A stretch of 64,000 nt of DNA from Anaerolineales bacterium (GTDB lineage Bacteria; Chloroflexota; Anaerolineae; Anaerolineales; DRMV01): contig JALVVL010000012.1 in the NCBI GenBank assembly GCA_027023425.1, forward strand, positions 68,285 to 132,284, written 5' to 3'. Below the pieces are notes generated by a model that was not told the origin of the DNA, did not search any database, and saw nothing but the letters and a program-made list of their open reading frames with translations. Numbering within the stretch: the stretch's first letter is position 1; each line of letters starts with the position of its first letter. A program made the translations under genes and the position numbers. Positions 42,974 through 52,330 of the stretch are shown here, one piece after another.

Positions 42974-45391
42974 TTGCGGCAAGCATCGTGGGGAAATGGA
43001 TTTGTGCGAGGAAGGGCGGGAATGTGTGCGGCATATCCTTTGCTATGGCTTTCCGATGTTTTCCTTTTGGGCATTGTGGCGGGGGAATTGCTCTTTCCGT
43101 TCCCCCGCGCGGTGTGGGGGCTGGGGGCGTTGGCATTAGCGGTCGCGGCGCTGATGAGCCGCCGACGCCGCGCCAGCAGTGTTCTGCTCTTACTGGCCGC
43201 TTTCGCCGCGGGCGGCGCCCGCCTCGCTTTTGAGCGGCCTCCGCTCGGCGCACCCGATTTCATCGCCTCTTACGCCAATTCCCCACGGAGCGCAACCATT
43301 GTCGGCAAGGTGATTGCTCCGCCCGACTACCGCTTTTCATACGCCAACCTGACCGTGGCGGCGGAATATCTGCGCTTTGGGCACGATGAGGCCATTCCGA
43401 TAAAAGGTAAAGTTTTGGCGAAAATACCGCCCGAGCAGGCATCGCGCATCCATTACGGCGATAGGGTAGTGCTTACCGGCAGGCTCAAAACTCCACCCGC
43501 GGGTGGAGTTTTTTCGTATCGCGCTTATCTTGCGCGGAAAGGCATCTTTGTGGTCGTGAGGGCATCCAAAGTTGGGGTGCTTTCCCGCGGCGGCCCGCGG
43601 TTGTTGCGCGCCATTTACTCTTTGCGAGAACGGGCGCATGCAATTGCGCTCAAGATTTGGCCCGGGGCGGCGGGCGCTTTGCTCTCGGGCATACTGTTGG
43701 GTTTGGATAAAGGCATTCCGAAACCAATTTACGATGCCTTTCGGAGCACCGGTACTGCCCACATTATTGCCATTAGCGGGTTCAACATCACGATTTTGGC
43801 AGGGCTGTTTACCGGCTTGTTTGGCCGCCTGTGGGGCGAGATGAAAGGCGCGGCGCTGGCCGTGCTTGCGATAGCCGGCTACACAGTTTTCGTTGGCGCA
43901 GATGCCGCCGTGGTGCGAGCGGCGATTATGGGGTTTATCGGCATGCTTGCCCTGCAAACCGGCAGGAAGCAACACGCCTACACCAGCCTTGCCTTCGCCG
44001 CCGCCTTCATGGCGTTGCTCAACCCATATGTGCTGTGGGATCTCGGCTTTCAACTTTCATTTGCGGCTACGCTGGGTTTAGTGCGCTTTGGCGATGTCTT
44101 TGAAAGGGGAGCAAGGCGGGCATTGGAGCATTTTTTCAGACCGGAAGTGGCGCAAACCTTGTCGCGCCCCCTCAACGAATTTTTCTTCCTCACGCTCGCG
44201 GCGCAGTTAGCCACCTTCCCCATCAGCGCCTATCATTTCGGGCAGGTTTCGCTGATAGCCTTGCTTGCGAACCCTGCTATTTTGCCCGTGCAGGCTCCGC
44301 TTATGGTTGGGGGAGGGGCGGCTTTGTTGGCGGGTTTGCTTTGGCTGCCCGCAGGGCGCGCTTTGGGGTTGCTCGTCTGGCCGTTGGCGGAATACACCAT
44401 CCGCGCGGTAAAACTGTTTGCTGGCATGCCGGTCACCTCTGCAAGCGTAGTCAACCTGAGTTTGCCGATAATTTTGGCCTACTATGCCCTCCTTTTCGGC
44501 CTGCCCTATTTTTGGGAAAAGCGCGCCACCTTGCCTTTGCCCTCTGTTGCTGTTTCCAAGTCGGCTGTTTTGCTGGGATTGGCCGCTCTTGTTGCTGTGG
44601 TTTGGAAGCCCGCGTTTGCGGTTTCTGAGCATCGGCTTAGCGTCAGCATCCTGCCGGTTGGGAACGGCGAGGCTGTGCTGATACGCACTCCCTCGGGGCA
44701 ATGGGTGCTTTTAGACGGCGGCGAAAATGCCCGCGCTCTCCTTGCCGGGCTGGGAGAGCATTTTCTACCTTGGGCTGATAAGGTAGATTGGTTGGTGGTT
44801 GGCAGCACGGATGAAGAATCGGTTGAAGCGCTGCCAGATTTTCTGAGGATTTACCGGCCGCGCGCAGTGTGGTGGGCTGGCCGTGCCGCCAATTCGCCGG
44901 CGGCGCGGCTTGCATGGAGCAAAATCAAGGAAGAGAAAGTGCCCTTGCACGAAGTCCGGGCGGGGGCGGCGCTGGATTTTGGGGATGGGGCGCGCTTGGA
45001 GGCAGTAGCGGTTTCGGCGCGCGGGGCTGTTTTCCTGCTGCGGTGGCGGCGTTTCCGTTTCCTGCTGCCGTTGGGCGAAGGTGAAGGTACAGATGCCCGC
45101 CTGCGCCGCCTTGCCCCGAGTTTGCGCCCGCTCAGTGCCATGCTCCTTGCCGGAAGCGGCTATTACCCCTTGAACCCTCCCGAAACCGTTTGGGCGCTTG
45201 AGCCGTTAGTGCTGGTGGTTAGCGTGCGCCCGGCCGACCCGAGAGGCCGCCCCTCGCCGGAACTTTTGCAGGAATTGCGGCCTTTCACGCTCCTCCGCAC
45301 CGACCTTTGCGGCGAAATAAACATTGTGACCGACGGGGTTAGAATGTGGGTGAGCACTGCCAAAAAGTGCTCTCCGTATGAGCAAAGATGA
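42974..45391 (+). CDS. comEC: DNA internalization competence protein ComEC/Rec2 with C-terminal metallo-beta-lactamase-like domain
   Basis: Polytopic membrane core with TGTAHIIAISGFNITIL, and a C-terminal region LPVGNGEAVLIRTPSGQWVLLDGG. The start is uncertain. Confidence 0.85.
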   Translation: MRQASWGNGFVRGRAGMCAAYPLLWLSDVFLLGIVAGELLFPFPRAVWGLGALALAVAALMSRRRRASSVLLLLAAFAAGGARLAFERPPLGAPDFIASYANSPRSATIVGKVIAPPDYRFSYANLTVAAEYLRFGHDEAIPIKGKVLAKIPPEQASRIHYGDRVVLTGRLKTPPAGGVFSYRAYLARKGIFVVVRASKVGVLSRGGPRLLRAIYSLRERAHAIALKIWPGAAGALLSGILLGLDKGIPKPIYDAFRSTGTAHIIAISGFNITILAGLFTGLFGRLWGEMKGAALAVLAIAGYTVFVGADAAVVRAAIMGFIGMLALQTGRKQHAYTSLAFAAAFMALLNPYVLWDLGFQLSFAATLGLVRFGDVFERGARRALEHFFRPEVAQTLSRPLNEFFFLTLAAQLATFPISAYHFGQVSLIALLANPAILPVQAPLMVGGGAALLAGLLWLPAGRALGLLVWPLAEYTIRAVKLFAGMPVTSASVVNLSLPIILAYYALLFGLPYFWEKRATLPLPSVAVSKSAVLLGLAALVAVVWKPAFAVSEHRLSVSILPVGNGEAVLIRTPSGQWVLLDGGENARALLAGLGEHFLPWADKVDWLVVGSTDEESVEALPDFLRIYRPRAVWWAGRAANSPAARLAWSKIKEEKVPLHEVRAGAALDFGDGARLEAVAVSARGAVFLLRWRRFRFLLPLGEGEGTDARLRRLAPSLRPLSAMLLAGSGYYPLNPPETVWALEPLVLVVSVRPADPRGRPSPELLQELRPFTLLRTDLCGEINIVTDGVRMWVSTAKKCSPYEQR

Positions 45392-45427
45392 AGCCGTAGA
45401 TGGTTAGGTTGGGCGCTTGCGAAAATG

Positions 45428-45457
45428 TTGACTTTGCTTGCCCCTGCGTGATAAAAT
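45428..45457 (+). promoter_or_regulatory. Putative promoter for tRNA-Lys (extended -10)
   Basis: TTGACT (45428-45433), 18 nt spacer, TAAAAT (45452-45457), with TG at 45449-45450. Confidence 0.45.
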
Positions 45458-45468
45458 TGCGCCTGCAC

Positions 45469-45540
45469 GGGCGCGTAGCGCAACGGTAGAGCAGTGGCCT
45501 TTTAAGCCATTGGTTGCAGGTTCGAATCCTGTCGCGCCCA
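45469..45540 (+). tRNA. tRNA-Lys (anticodon UUU)
   Basis: Hand-folded. Acceptor GGGCGCG/CGCGCCC. Anticodon arm GTGGC-CTTTTAA-GCCAT. T arm GCAGG-TTCGAAT-CCTGT. CCA is not encoded. Confidence 0.85.
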
Positions 45541-45577
45541 CAAGATACGGCGGACTTTTACCGCCATGCTATGGAAT

Positions 45578-45609
45578 CGCCCGCGTCAAAGCCACGCGGG
45601 CGGTTTTTT
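45578..45609 (+). terminator. Rho-independent terminator after tRNA-Lys
   Basis: CGCCCGCG-TCAAAGCCA-CGCGGGCG followed by GTTTTTT. Confidence 0.8.
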
Positions 45610-45633
45610 GTGTAGAGACGGAGTTGTGTACCT

Positions 45634-46818
45634 ATGCCAACCCTCATTCTCAAGCCCGGCCGTGAAAAATCCCTCCTGCGGCGGCACCCGTGGGTGTTTT
45701 CGGGGGCGATTGCCAAAGTCAAGGGGAAGCCTGCCGCGGGTGACACAGTGGCAGTTGCCGATAGCAGCGGCCGCTTTCTCGCTTGGGCGGCGTATAGCCC
45801 CAAATCGCGCATTCGCGCCCGCGTCTGGTCGTGGCGAGAAAACGATGTTGTTACCCCTGCTTTCCTGCGCGAGCGCGTCCGTTCTGCCATAGCCCGTCGT
45901 TCGCCGTGGCTAAACGCCGACACTGACGCCTACCGCTTGGTTTTCGGCGAGGCTGATGGCTTGCCCGGCTTGATTGCCGACCGCTACGGTGATACGGTGG
46001 TGGCTCAGTTTCTCAGCGCGGGGGCAGAGGCTTGGCGCGAGGCCCTTGCCGATGCCCTGCTGGCCGAAACGGGGGCGCGGTGCTTGTATGAGCGCTCAGA
46101 TGCTGAAGTGCGCCGTCTGGAGGGGTTGCCGCCGCGGGTTGGCGCCCTTCGCGGCGATGAGCCGCCTGAGCGCCTTCGTATAGCCGAGAATGGATTGGCG
46201 TTTTGGGTGGATGTGCGGCGCGGCCACAAAACCGGCTTTTACCTTGACCAGCGTGAAAACCGTGCTTGGGTGGGGGCGCACGCCGCAGGTAAGCGCATCC
46301 TCAACGCTTTTGCCTACACCGGTGGCTTTGCGGTCTATGCCCTCGCCGGTGGGGCGGCCGAGGTTGTGTCGGTAGACACCTCCGCCGAGGCGCTTGCGCT
46401 GGCGCAGGAAAACATTGCTCTCAACGGCTTGCCTGCTGAGAAAGCGGCGTTTGTGCAAGATGATGTTTTCCACCTTTTGCGGAAATATCATTCTGAAGGG
46501 CAAAAGTTTGATATGGTTATCCTTGACCCGCCGAAATTTGCTCCCACCGCGGCGCAGGTGCCGCGGGCGGCGCGCGGCTACAAGGACATCAACCGCCTTG
46601 CCTTTCACCTGCTTCCCTCAGGCGGGCTGCTGGTGACTTTTTCGTGCTCTGGTGGCTTGGATGCCGCGCTGTTTCAGAAAATTGTTGCCGATGCCGCGGT
46701 TGATGCCGGGGTTGAAGCAAGGATTGTTGCTCGCCTTGCGCAAGGCCCCGACCACCCCGTTGCGCTCAATTACCCCGAGAGCGCCTATCTCAAAGGTTTG
46801 GTGGTGCAGGTAGGGTGA
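45634..46818 (+). CDS. rlmI: Class I SAM-dependent rRNA (cytosine-C5) methyltransferase, RlmI-like (PUA + MTase)
   Basis: MPTLILKPGREKSLLRRHPWVFSGAI opener, FAYTGGFAV and ILDPPKFA. Confidence 0.8.
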   Translation: MPTLILKPGREKSLLRRHPWVFSGAIAKVKGKPAAGDTVAVADSSGRFLAWAAYSPKSRIRARVWSWRENDVVTPAFLRERVRSAIARRSPWLNADTDAYRLVFGEADGLPGLIADRYGDTVVAQFLSAGAEAWREALADALLAETGARCLYERSDAEVRRLEGLPPRVGALRGDEPPERLRIAENGLAFWVDVRRGHKTGFYLDQRENRAWVGAHAAGKRILNAFAYTGGFAVYALAGGAAEVVSVDTSAEALALAQENIALNGLPAEKAAFVQDDVFHLLRKYHSEGQKFDMVILDPPKFAPTAAQVPRAARGYKDINRLAFHLLPSGGLLVTFSCSGGLDAALFQKIVADAAVDAGVEARIVARLAQGPDHPVALNYPESAYLKGLVVQVG

Positions 46819-46840
46819 GAGGGTTTGTGGATGCGCAGAT

Positions 46841-46880
46841 AAAAACAACGGCCCGCGTTGCTCGCGGGCCGTTGTTTTTT
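46841..46880. terminator. Bidirectional rho-independent terminator between convergent genes
   Basis: AAAAACAACGGCCCGCG-TTGCT-CGCGGGCCGTTGTTTTT. Confidence 0.8.
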
Positions 46881-46894
46881 GCGTTGCGGGACGT

Positions 46895-47965
46895 TTATTT
46901 GGTGCCGGGCTTGTAGCCGGTATCAATGCTGCCGTCCATCAAACCTTTCTGGATTTCCTTCAGCTTGTCTTTGACTTTCTGCGGGATCTTGCTGTCAAAG
47001 GCGTGGAATGGCGCCAAACCGGTCTTGCCGTAGTAGTTGCCGCTGGGGAACTTGCCCTGTTTGGCCAGTTGGATCAAGTCAAATACGCCGGGGGTGATCA
47101 ACTTCATGGCGCTGCTGACCAAGCAGGCGTGCGCTTCGGGAACGGTCAGCCACTGGTCGGTGTCAACGCCAATGCAGTAAACCTGCTTGCCAGACTTGGC
47201 CGCGGAGGCGACCTCAATCAGTGCACCGTTGCCGGTCTTGCCGCCTGCGCCGAAAACTACGTCCGCGCCCTGGTCCATAGCCTGCTTGGCGGTCGCGGCG
47301 CCCCATTCGGGGTCGGTGAAGGCGTTTTCAAGGCCGCCGGGGTGGTAGGTCGCAATGACCTTGATGTCGGGGTTGATGTACTTGGCACCGTTTTCGTAAC
47401 CTTCTTTGTAGGCAACTACCGGCGGCACCAGGTCCGTCCCCAGTACGGCAGCAATGGTGTTGGTTTTGGTGATCATCGCCGCCAGCGCGCCGGCCATGAA
47501 GCCAGCCCTGTCTTCATGGAAGATGAGGCCGGCAACATTGTCCACCTTCTTGCCTTGAAATTGGTCTACGCCGATGAACTTGATGTTCGGGTATTTCTTG
47601 GCCATGTTTTGGGTGGCCTGACCGAGTGCAAAGCCCACGGTCACGATCACGTCGTAGCCCTTCTTGGCAAACAGTTCAATGTTGGCCTCATAGTCTTTGG
47701 CGTCGGTGGTTTCAATGTAGTCAATCTTGTTGGCGACGCCCTTGGAAAGGGCCTCTTTCACGCCTTCCCAAGCGGATTGGTTGAAGGACTTGTCGTCAAT
47801 TTTGCCAACGTCGGTGACCAAGCCGACACAAAAGACGTCGGGGCTCTTGCAGTCCACATTGGTGTTTTGCCCCTTGTTGTTGGCTGCGCTTTGACCGCCG
47901 CACGCGCTCAGAATCGCTGCGACTACCAGCACAAGCGCAACTAAGATAAACCACTTCTTGCTCAT
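46895..47965 (-). CDS. BMP family (PnrA/Med-like) ABC transporter substrate-binding lipoprotein
   Basis: Lipobox LSACGG. VGLVTDVGKIDDKSFNQSAWEG. No adjacent permease or ATPase genes. Confidence 0.85.
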   Translation of the reverse strand: MSKKWFILVALVLVVAAILSACGGQSAANNKGQNTNVDCKSPDVFCVGLVTDVGKIDDKSFNQSAWEGVKEALSKGVANKIDYIETTDAKDYEANIELFAKKGYDVIVTVGFALGQATQNMAKKYPNIKFIGVDQFQGKKVDNVAGLIFHEDRAGFMAGALAAMITKTNTIAAVLGTDLVPPVVAYKEGYENGAKYINPDIKVIATYHPGGLENAFTDPEWGAATAKQAMDQGADVVFGAGGKTGNGALIEVASAAKSGKQVYCIGVDTDQWLTVPEAHACLVSSAMKLITPGVFDLIQLAKQGKFPSGNYYGKTGLAPFHAFDSKIPQKVKDKLKEIQKGLMDGSIDTGYKPGTK

Positions 47966-48212
47966 ACATTCCTCCTGCTAAAAGTTTGGGGTGAGTGTTG
48001 AACGCTATAAGTATACCGCATAAAATCAAAACATGGTAAAAAAGTAGCCAAAATGTTGCAAAGCGGGCTTAAAAAATTTTTTTGAGCGGCGATGCTGTTG
48101 CGAAAGGCGTCTTACTTTGAAATCTTGCAACTTGTAACTCTCCATTCCCGAGCGGCAGTTTGTGCTAAAATAAAGTGGTTTTGCTTATTGTTGGGAAAAT
48201 CAGCCTTGTATT

Positions 48213-51200
48213 TTGCAAACCACAGTTTGCGTTGGCATAGGTTTTGCACTGTTTAGTGTCATGAGATATTTGTGGACTTATTCCTTACCGATGCACTTGT
48301 TGCCCATAAGCCCGAGCGGGTGGGTGCTTTTCGCTTTATGGGCTTTTTTCATTGTTTGGCTTATCCATAAAACAAGAAAGAACCGCCCCAAATGGCAGCG
48401 GAGGCACTGGTTTCTATTCGCGGCTTTTTTGTTGAGTGAACCGTTGTTGGCGGGGATGAGTATTGAATTTGCGACCGCTGCTGCTCGTTTACAGTTAGTG
48501 GGGATGCGAGCCTTGATGATGCCTTTGCTGGCCGTACCGGTGGTGCTTGCAGCGGGCTATCTTGGCCCAGGAGCGGCGGCGGGCGTGGGGTTGGTAGCAG
48601 GCGCAATTGAAGGGCTTTTTGGCACTTCCCTCATCTTTCAACCGCTAATATGGGCTTCAATAGGATTGTTTTTGGGTTGGGGGTTTTGGCAGCCTTACAA
48701 AAATCGGTTGCGTGAGTGGCTGCGTCAACCTTTGGCGGGATGGATATTTGCCTCTCTGCTCTATGGCTTGCTCATTACTATCGCTTTCTTTGCGGCAGAT
48801 GGTCATGTATTAGCCGGCAACTTTGGCATGATGCTGAGAAGGGTTCAACTGTTTGTGGCTTTACAAACGGTTACTTTGTTTATAGGGGCGGCAATAGGCT
48901 ATGCACTAATACTGCTTCGTATTGGTGAATTCGGTTATCGGGGATATTTACAAATATGGGCAAACGGCCACTCGCTTGAGCGTAGGTTTTCGCGCTTGAT
49001 GGCCGGTGTGGTGGCCATCCTTTTGGTGGGTGTCTTGGTTGGTAACTGGGCTTTAGCCCAACGTTCGGCAAAGAGACTGGTAATTGGGCGTTTGAAGGGA
49101 ATGGCCGATATTGCCGCACAAAGCCTTCCATTCTTCACGGAGAATGGCCAAATCACCATTCAGCAATTAGCCAGTGACCCGGAGTTGTTGGATGAAAACA
49201 CCCCCGTTTTGCAGAAGCGTTTATCCAAGGCCGTATCGCAGAGCGCTTTTTTCAACCGTTTGATGCTTGTGGACCCGGGTTGTACCCTGATAGCCTCTGC
49301 ACCAGAGTCAAAGGAAGTAATGGGGGATACCGAGTGTAAACTGCTTGTCCTCACTTTGCTTCACGGTTCACCTGTGGTAAGACTACCTTATGCTGGAAGG
49401 GTGGACTTTGCCGCTCCGGTTAAGGACAAAACCGGAAAAGTGCGAAGGATTTTGGTAGGGTTTGCGAAGATTGAAGATAATCCTTACACCAAGCCGCTCA
49501 CTGACACTTTGAGCAAGATAGAATCAAAATACGGGGGCGGGGCAGGAATACTAAGTGAGCGCGGCGGCCTCTTGTTCGTTACTGATTCTGCTTTTAAGTG
49601 GTTGGCGGAAGCAAAAGTGCCGCTTGGGGAGTCAAAACTAACTGATACAAAAGGGGCACATTATATTTCCTATGCAGAGCGTGCCGTCGGCTCATCTTGG
49701 AAAGTGGTGGTCCTTTACCCGGAAAGCAATTTGAACGCCATTGCCGCTAACAACGCCTTGCCTCTATCGCTCATTGTTGGTCTACTGGCATTGGTCGGTT
49801 GGGGGGTGGGGCGAGCAATGGTGAGTCGGATAACACGCTCATTGCTAAAGTTGGCGCGCGCTGCCGATGATTTGGCTGCCGGGGAGTTGGACAAATCGGT
49901 GGAGGTTGAAAGCAAGGATGAGGTTGGGCGCTTGGGGCGTGCTCTTGAGCGAATGCGCGTCAGGCTTCGCAAACGCATAGCCGAACTGAACCGCTTGCTT
50001 TCTACAAGTCAGCAGGTTGCCGCTTCTTTGAAGGTGGATCAGGCTGCCGACGCCGTCTTGCGAGCGGCGCTTGCGACCAACGCGTCCGCAGCGCGGATTG
50101 TCCTTTCCAAAGAGGCAATCCCTGATGAATTGGTGGATGAGTATCCGGCCACAATGGGGCTTGGTGCGCGCCATGAACGATATGCCTTTCTGGATGAACC
50201 GCTCCTTGAACTTGCCAGTAGGCAGGTTGTCTTCAAATCGTTCCCTCCCCACAGCGATTTGTACCGTGCTGTTGGCGAAAAGGCTCTACTTCTGGACCGG
50301 GTCTCTGCTATTTTGAGCGTCACAATGTATTACGAACAGCGCTTTTTGGGGGTGCTATACCTTGTCTACAAAAAGCCACACTCGTTAGAAGAGGAAGACA
50401 TACGCTATGTAACCTCGTTGGCTTTGCAAATGGCGATGGCTACCTACACAGCGCGCCTCTATGCCACCGCCGAGGTGCGCCGCCAGCGCTTGCGCGCCAT
50501 TTTGGATGCTTCGCCCGACCCTGTTTTGGTGACCGACAAGCAAAATCGGCTCATCCTTGCCAACGCGGCGGCTTTCGCAAATTTGCCTTTAGATCCTTCG
50601 CTCATAGACCAGCCAGTGGAAATTGCCCTCCGCGGCACCGAACTGCTTTCGCTGTTCAAGAGCGACAGAACCCCGCCTTACTCCGAAGAAGTCGCCGTGG
50701 GGGATAAAATTTACTTTGCCACTGTCGCAAGTGTGGACAACAAAGGGCGCGAAATCGGTAGAGTGTGCTTGCTCAGGGATATAACCCACTTCCGCGAACT
50801 TGATGCCCTAAAATCGGACTTTGTGGCTACCGTCAGCCACGACCTGCGCGCCCCCCTTACCCTCATGCGCGGCTACCTCACCATGCTTGAAATGGTGGGT
50901 GACCTGAACGAGCGCCAGCGCAAATACATAGCCCACATCCAGCGCAGTGTGGATAACATGGCAAGGCTGGTAAGCAGCCTGCTGGACTTGGGCAGAATTG
51001 AAGCCGGAGTTGGCTTGCAAGTACAAATGTTGCCGCTATTTGATTTGCTTGAAGAAGTCAAAAAGCGATGGGAACCTCAAGCCTCCCGCAAACAAATTGA
51101 ACTGAGGTTGGAAATTGCACCGCGCACACCGCCTCTTATTGAAGCCGATCAAGCCCTCCTTGACCGCGCTATCAACAATCTGGTTGAAAACGCTATAAAA

Positions 51201-51503
51201 TATACGCCGAAGGGCGGACGGGTTACCATTTTTACCCGGCCTAAAGGCTCAGACAGGGTGGTGATAGGGGTGAGCGACACCGGTATAGGTATTTCGCAAA
51301 TTGATAAACCGCGCCTGTTTGAAAAATTCTATCGTGTGGCCAAAAGAGCCCAAACGGCCGAGCACGGAACTGGCCTTGGCTTGGCAATAGTGAAATCAGT
51401 GGTTGAACGCCATCACGGAAAGGTGTGGGTGAAGAGCAAAATTGGCGAGGGAAGCACTTTCTTCATTGAACTCCCTCTGCGCCAGCCCAAGGACGAAAGT
51501 TAG
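48213..51503 (+). CDS. Large multi-domain sensor histidine kinase (polytopic N-terminal membrane domain, extracytoplasmic Cache-like region, HAMP, GAF, PAS, HisKA, HATPase_c)
   Basis: H-box FVATVSHDLRAPLTL, N-box NLVENAIKYTPKGG, G-boxes SDTGIGIS and GTGLGLAIVK. Non-ATG start in the track; the 5' end is uncertain. Confidence 0.85.
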   Translation: MQTTVCVGIGFALFSVMRYLWTYSLPMHLLPISPSGWVLFALWAFFIVWLIHKTRKNRPKWQRRHWFLFAAFLLSEPLLAGMSIEFATAAARLQLVGMRALMMPLLAVPVVLAAGYLGPGAAAGVGLVAGAIEGLFGTSLIFQPLIWASIGLFLGWGFWQPYKNRLREWLRQPLAGWIFASLLYGLLITIAFFAADGHVLAGNFGMMLRRVQLFVALQTVTLFIGAAIGYALILLRIGEFGYRGYLQIWANGHSLERRFSRLMAGVVAILLVGVLVGNWALAQRSAKRLVIGRLKGMADIAAQSLPFFTENGQITIQQLASDPELLDENTPVLQKRLSKAVSQSAFFNRLMLVDPGCTLIASAPESKEVMGDTECKLLVLTLLHGSPVVRLPYAGRVDFAAPVKDKTGKVRRILVGFAKIEDNPYTKPLTDTLSKIESKYGGGAGILSERGGLLFVTDSAFKWLAEAKVPLGESKLTDTKGAHYISYAERAVGSSWKVVVLYPESNLNAIAANNALPLSLIVGLLALVGWGVGRAMVSRITRSLLKLARAADDLAAGELDKSVEVESKDEVGRLGRALERMRVRLRKRIAELNRLLSTSQQVAASLKVDQAADAVLRAALATNASAARIVLSKEAIPDELVDEYPATMGLGARHERYAFLDEPLLELASRQVVFKSFPPHSDLYRAVGEKALLLDRVSAILSVTMYYEQRFLGVLYLVYKKPHSLEEEDIRYVTSLALQMAMATYTARLYATAEVRRQRLRAILDASPDPVLVTDKQNRLILANAAAFANLPLDPSLIDQPVEIALRGTELLSLFKSDRTPPYSEEVAVGDKIYFATVASVDNKGREIGRVCLLRDITHFRELDALKSDFVATVSHDLRAPLTLMRGYLTMLEMVGDLNERQRKYIAHIQRSVDNMARLVSSLLDLGRIEAGVGLQVQMLPLFDLLEEVKKRWEPQASRKQIELRLEIAPRTPPLIEADQALLDRAINNLVENAIKYTPKGGRVTIFTRPKGSDRVVIGVSDTGIGISQIDKPRLFEKFYRVAKRAQTAEHGTGLGLAIVKSVVERHHGKVWVKSKIGEGSTFFIELPLRQPKDES

Positions 51504-51582
51504 CCCAACAAATTTGACGCCGCAAATGTGATAAAATTTGGACCGGCTTTAGCGCTAAACACCCGATTTTGAGGAGCAAACC

Positions 51583-51756
51583 ATGGCAAAACCCAGACGA
51601 CGAACTACTCGGCGACGTGCGCCGCGCAGTCCTCAAGCCGCCGTCGCTTCGTTCAATCCCGACTATACCTACATCAAACAAGACTTGAAACGCATTGCTA
51701 CATTAGCGACGGGCTTCATCGTTACCTTGGTGGTGCTCTCCTTCTTTATCAAGTGA
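51583..51756 (+). CDS. Hypothetical 57-aa Arg-rich, C-terminally membrane-anchored protein
   Basis: Below the track size cutoff. GAGGAG lies 6 nt before the ATG. My translation is MAKPRRRTTRRRAPRSPQAAVASFNPDYTYIKQDLKRIATLATGFIVTLVVLSFFIK. A terminator follows. Confidence 0.35.
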   Translation: MAKPRRRTTRRRAPRSPQAAVASFNPDYTYIKQDLKRIATLATGFIVTLVVLSFFIK

Positions 51757-51787
51757 CCCCGTTGAGAGCAAACCGTTTCTGTGCACA

Positions 51788-51820
51788 AAAAGCGCCGTTC
51801 ATCGGCGCTTTTGTGCTTTT
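51788..51820 (+). terminator. Rho-independent terminator
   Basis: AAAAGCGCCG-TTCAT-CGGCGCTTTT followed by GTGCTTTT. Confidence 0.75.
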
Positions 51821-51837
51821 GGGCTTTTTGGAGGTGG

Positions 51838-52172
51838 AAAAAACCACAGATTACACAGATTAGCACAGATTTTTTCTGTGCAATCTGCGAAATCTGCGGT
51901 TTCGGTCATTCAATCGGTGAAAATCTGTGTCAATCGGTGGATAGGGACGCCAAGGGCGCCAAGGACACGAAGGACGCCAAGAAAGCAACGCAGAGGCGCA
52001 GAGAGCGCAAAGGAAAAAATTTCTGTGTTTTCTGTGGTGTTTCTGTGTCCTCTGTGTTTTTTTCTTCAATCGGTGCAAATCTGTGTCAATCAGTGGATAA
52101 GCAACGCCCGACTTCACGACCCACCGACCCACGACGCAACGACTAACGACTCAACGACCTAACGCCCCACGA
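51838..52172 (+). repeat. Mosaic phased-repeat array L8 (forward)
   Basis: Module order A-F-C-D-E-B-C-G. The G end overlaps the 3' end of the ccmD-like ORF on the opposite strand. Confidence 0.9.
52101..52172 (+). repeat. Tandem 8-bp array (module G, forward, degenerate)
   Basis: GCAACGCCCGACTTCACGACCCACCGACCCACGACGCAACGACTAACGACTCAACGACCTAACGCCCCACGACC. Confidence 0.8.
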
Positions 52173-52321
52173 CCTCCTGCATCTTCCATTTCCTCCTGCA
52201 AGTATGCAATTTCGGCCGCAATGCGGCGGTGGCGAAGCCAGAGGGAAAGCACATACAGCGCCATCCCCAAAAAAATCACAACATAACCGGCGATCATGTA
52301 CGAAGTTGTATCGGGGGGCAT
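52151..52321 (-). CDS. ccmD: CcmD-like haem exporter protein D (56 aa)
   Basis: Below the track cutoff. GGAGG lies 5 nt before the ATG, 10 nt after the ccmC stop. My translation is MPPDTTSYMIAGYVVIFLGMALYVLSLWLRHRRIAAEIAYLQEEMEDAGGRGALGR: a single TM helix then a basic stretch. The last 7 codons and stop lie inside repeat module G. Confidence 0.55.
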   Translation of the reverse strand: MPPDTTSYMIAGYVVIFLGMALYVLSLWLRHRRIAAEIAYLQEEMEDAGGRGALGR

Positions 52322-52330
52322 GGAGACCTC

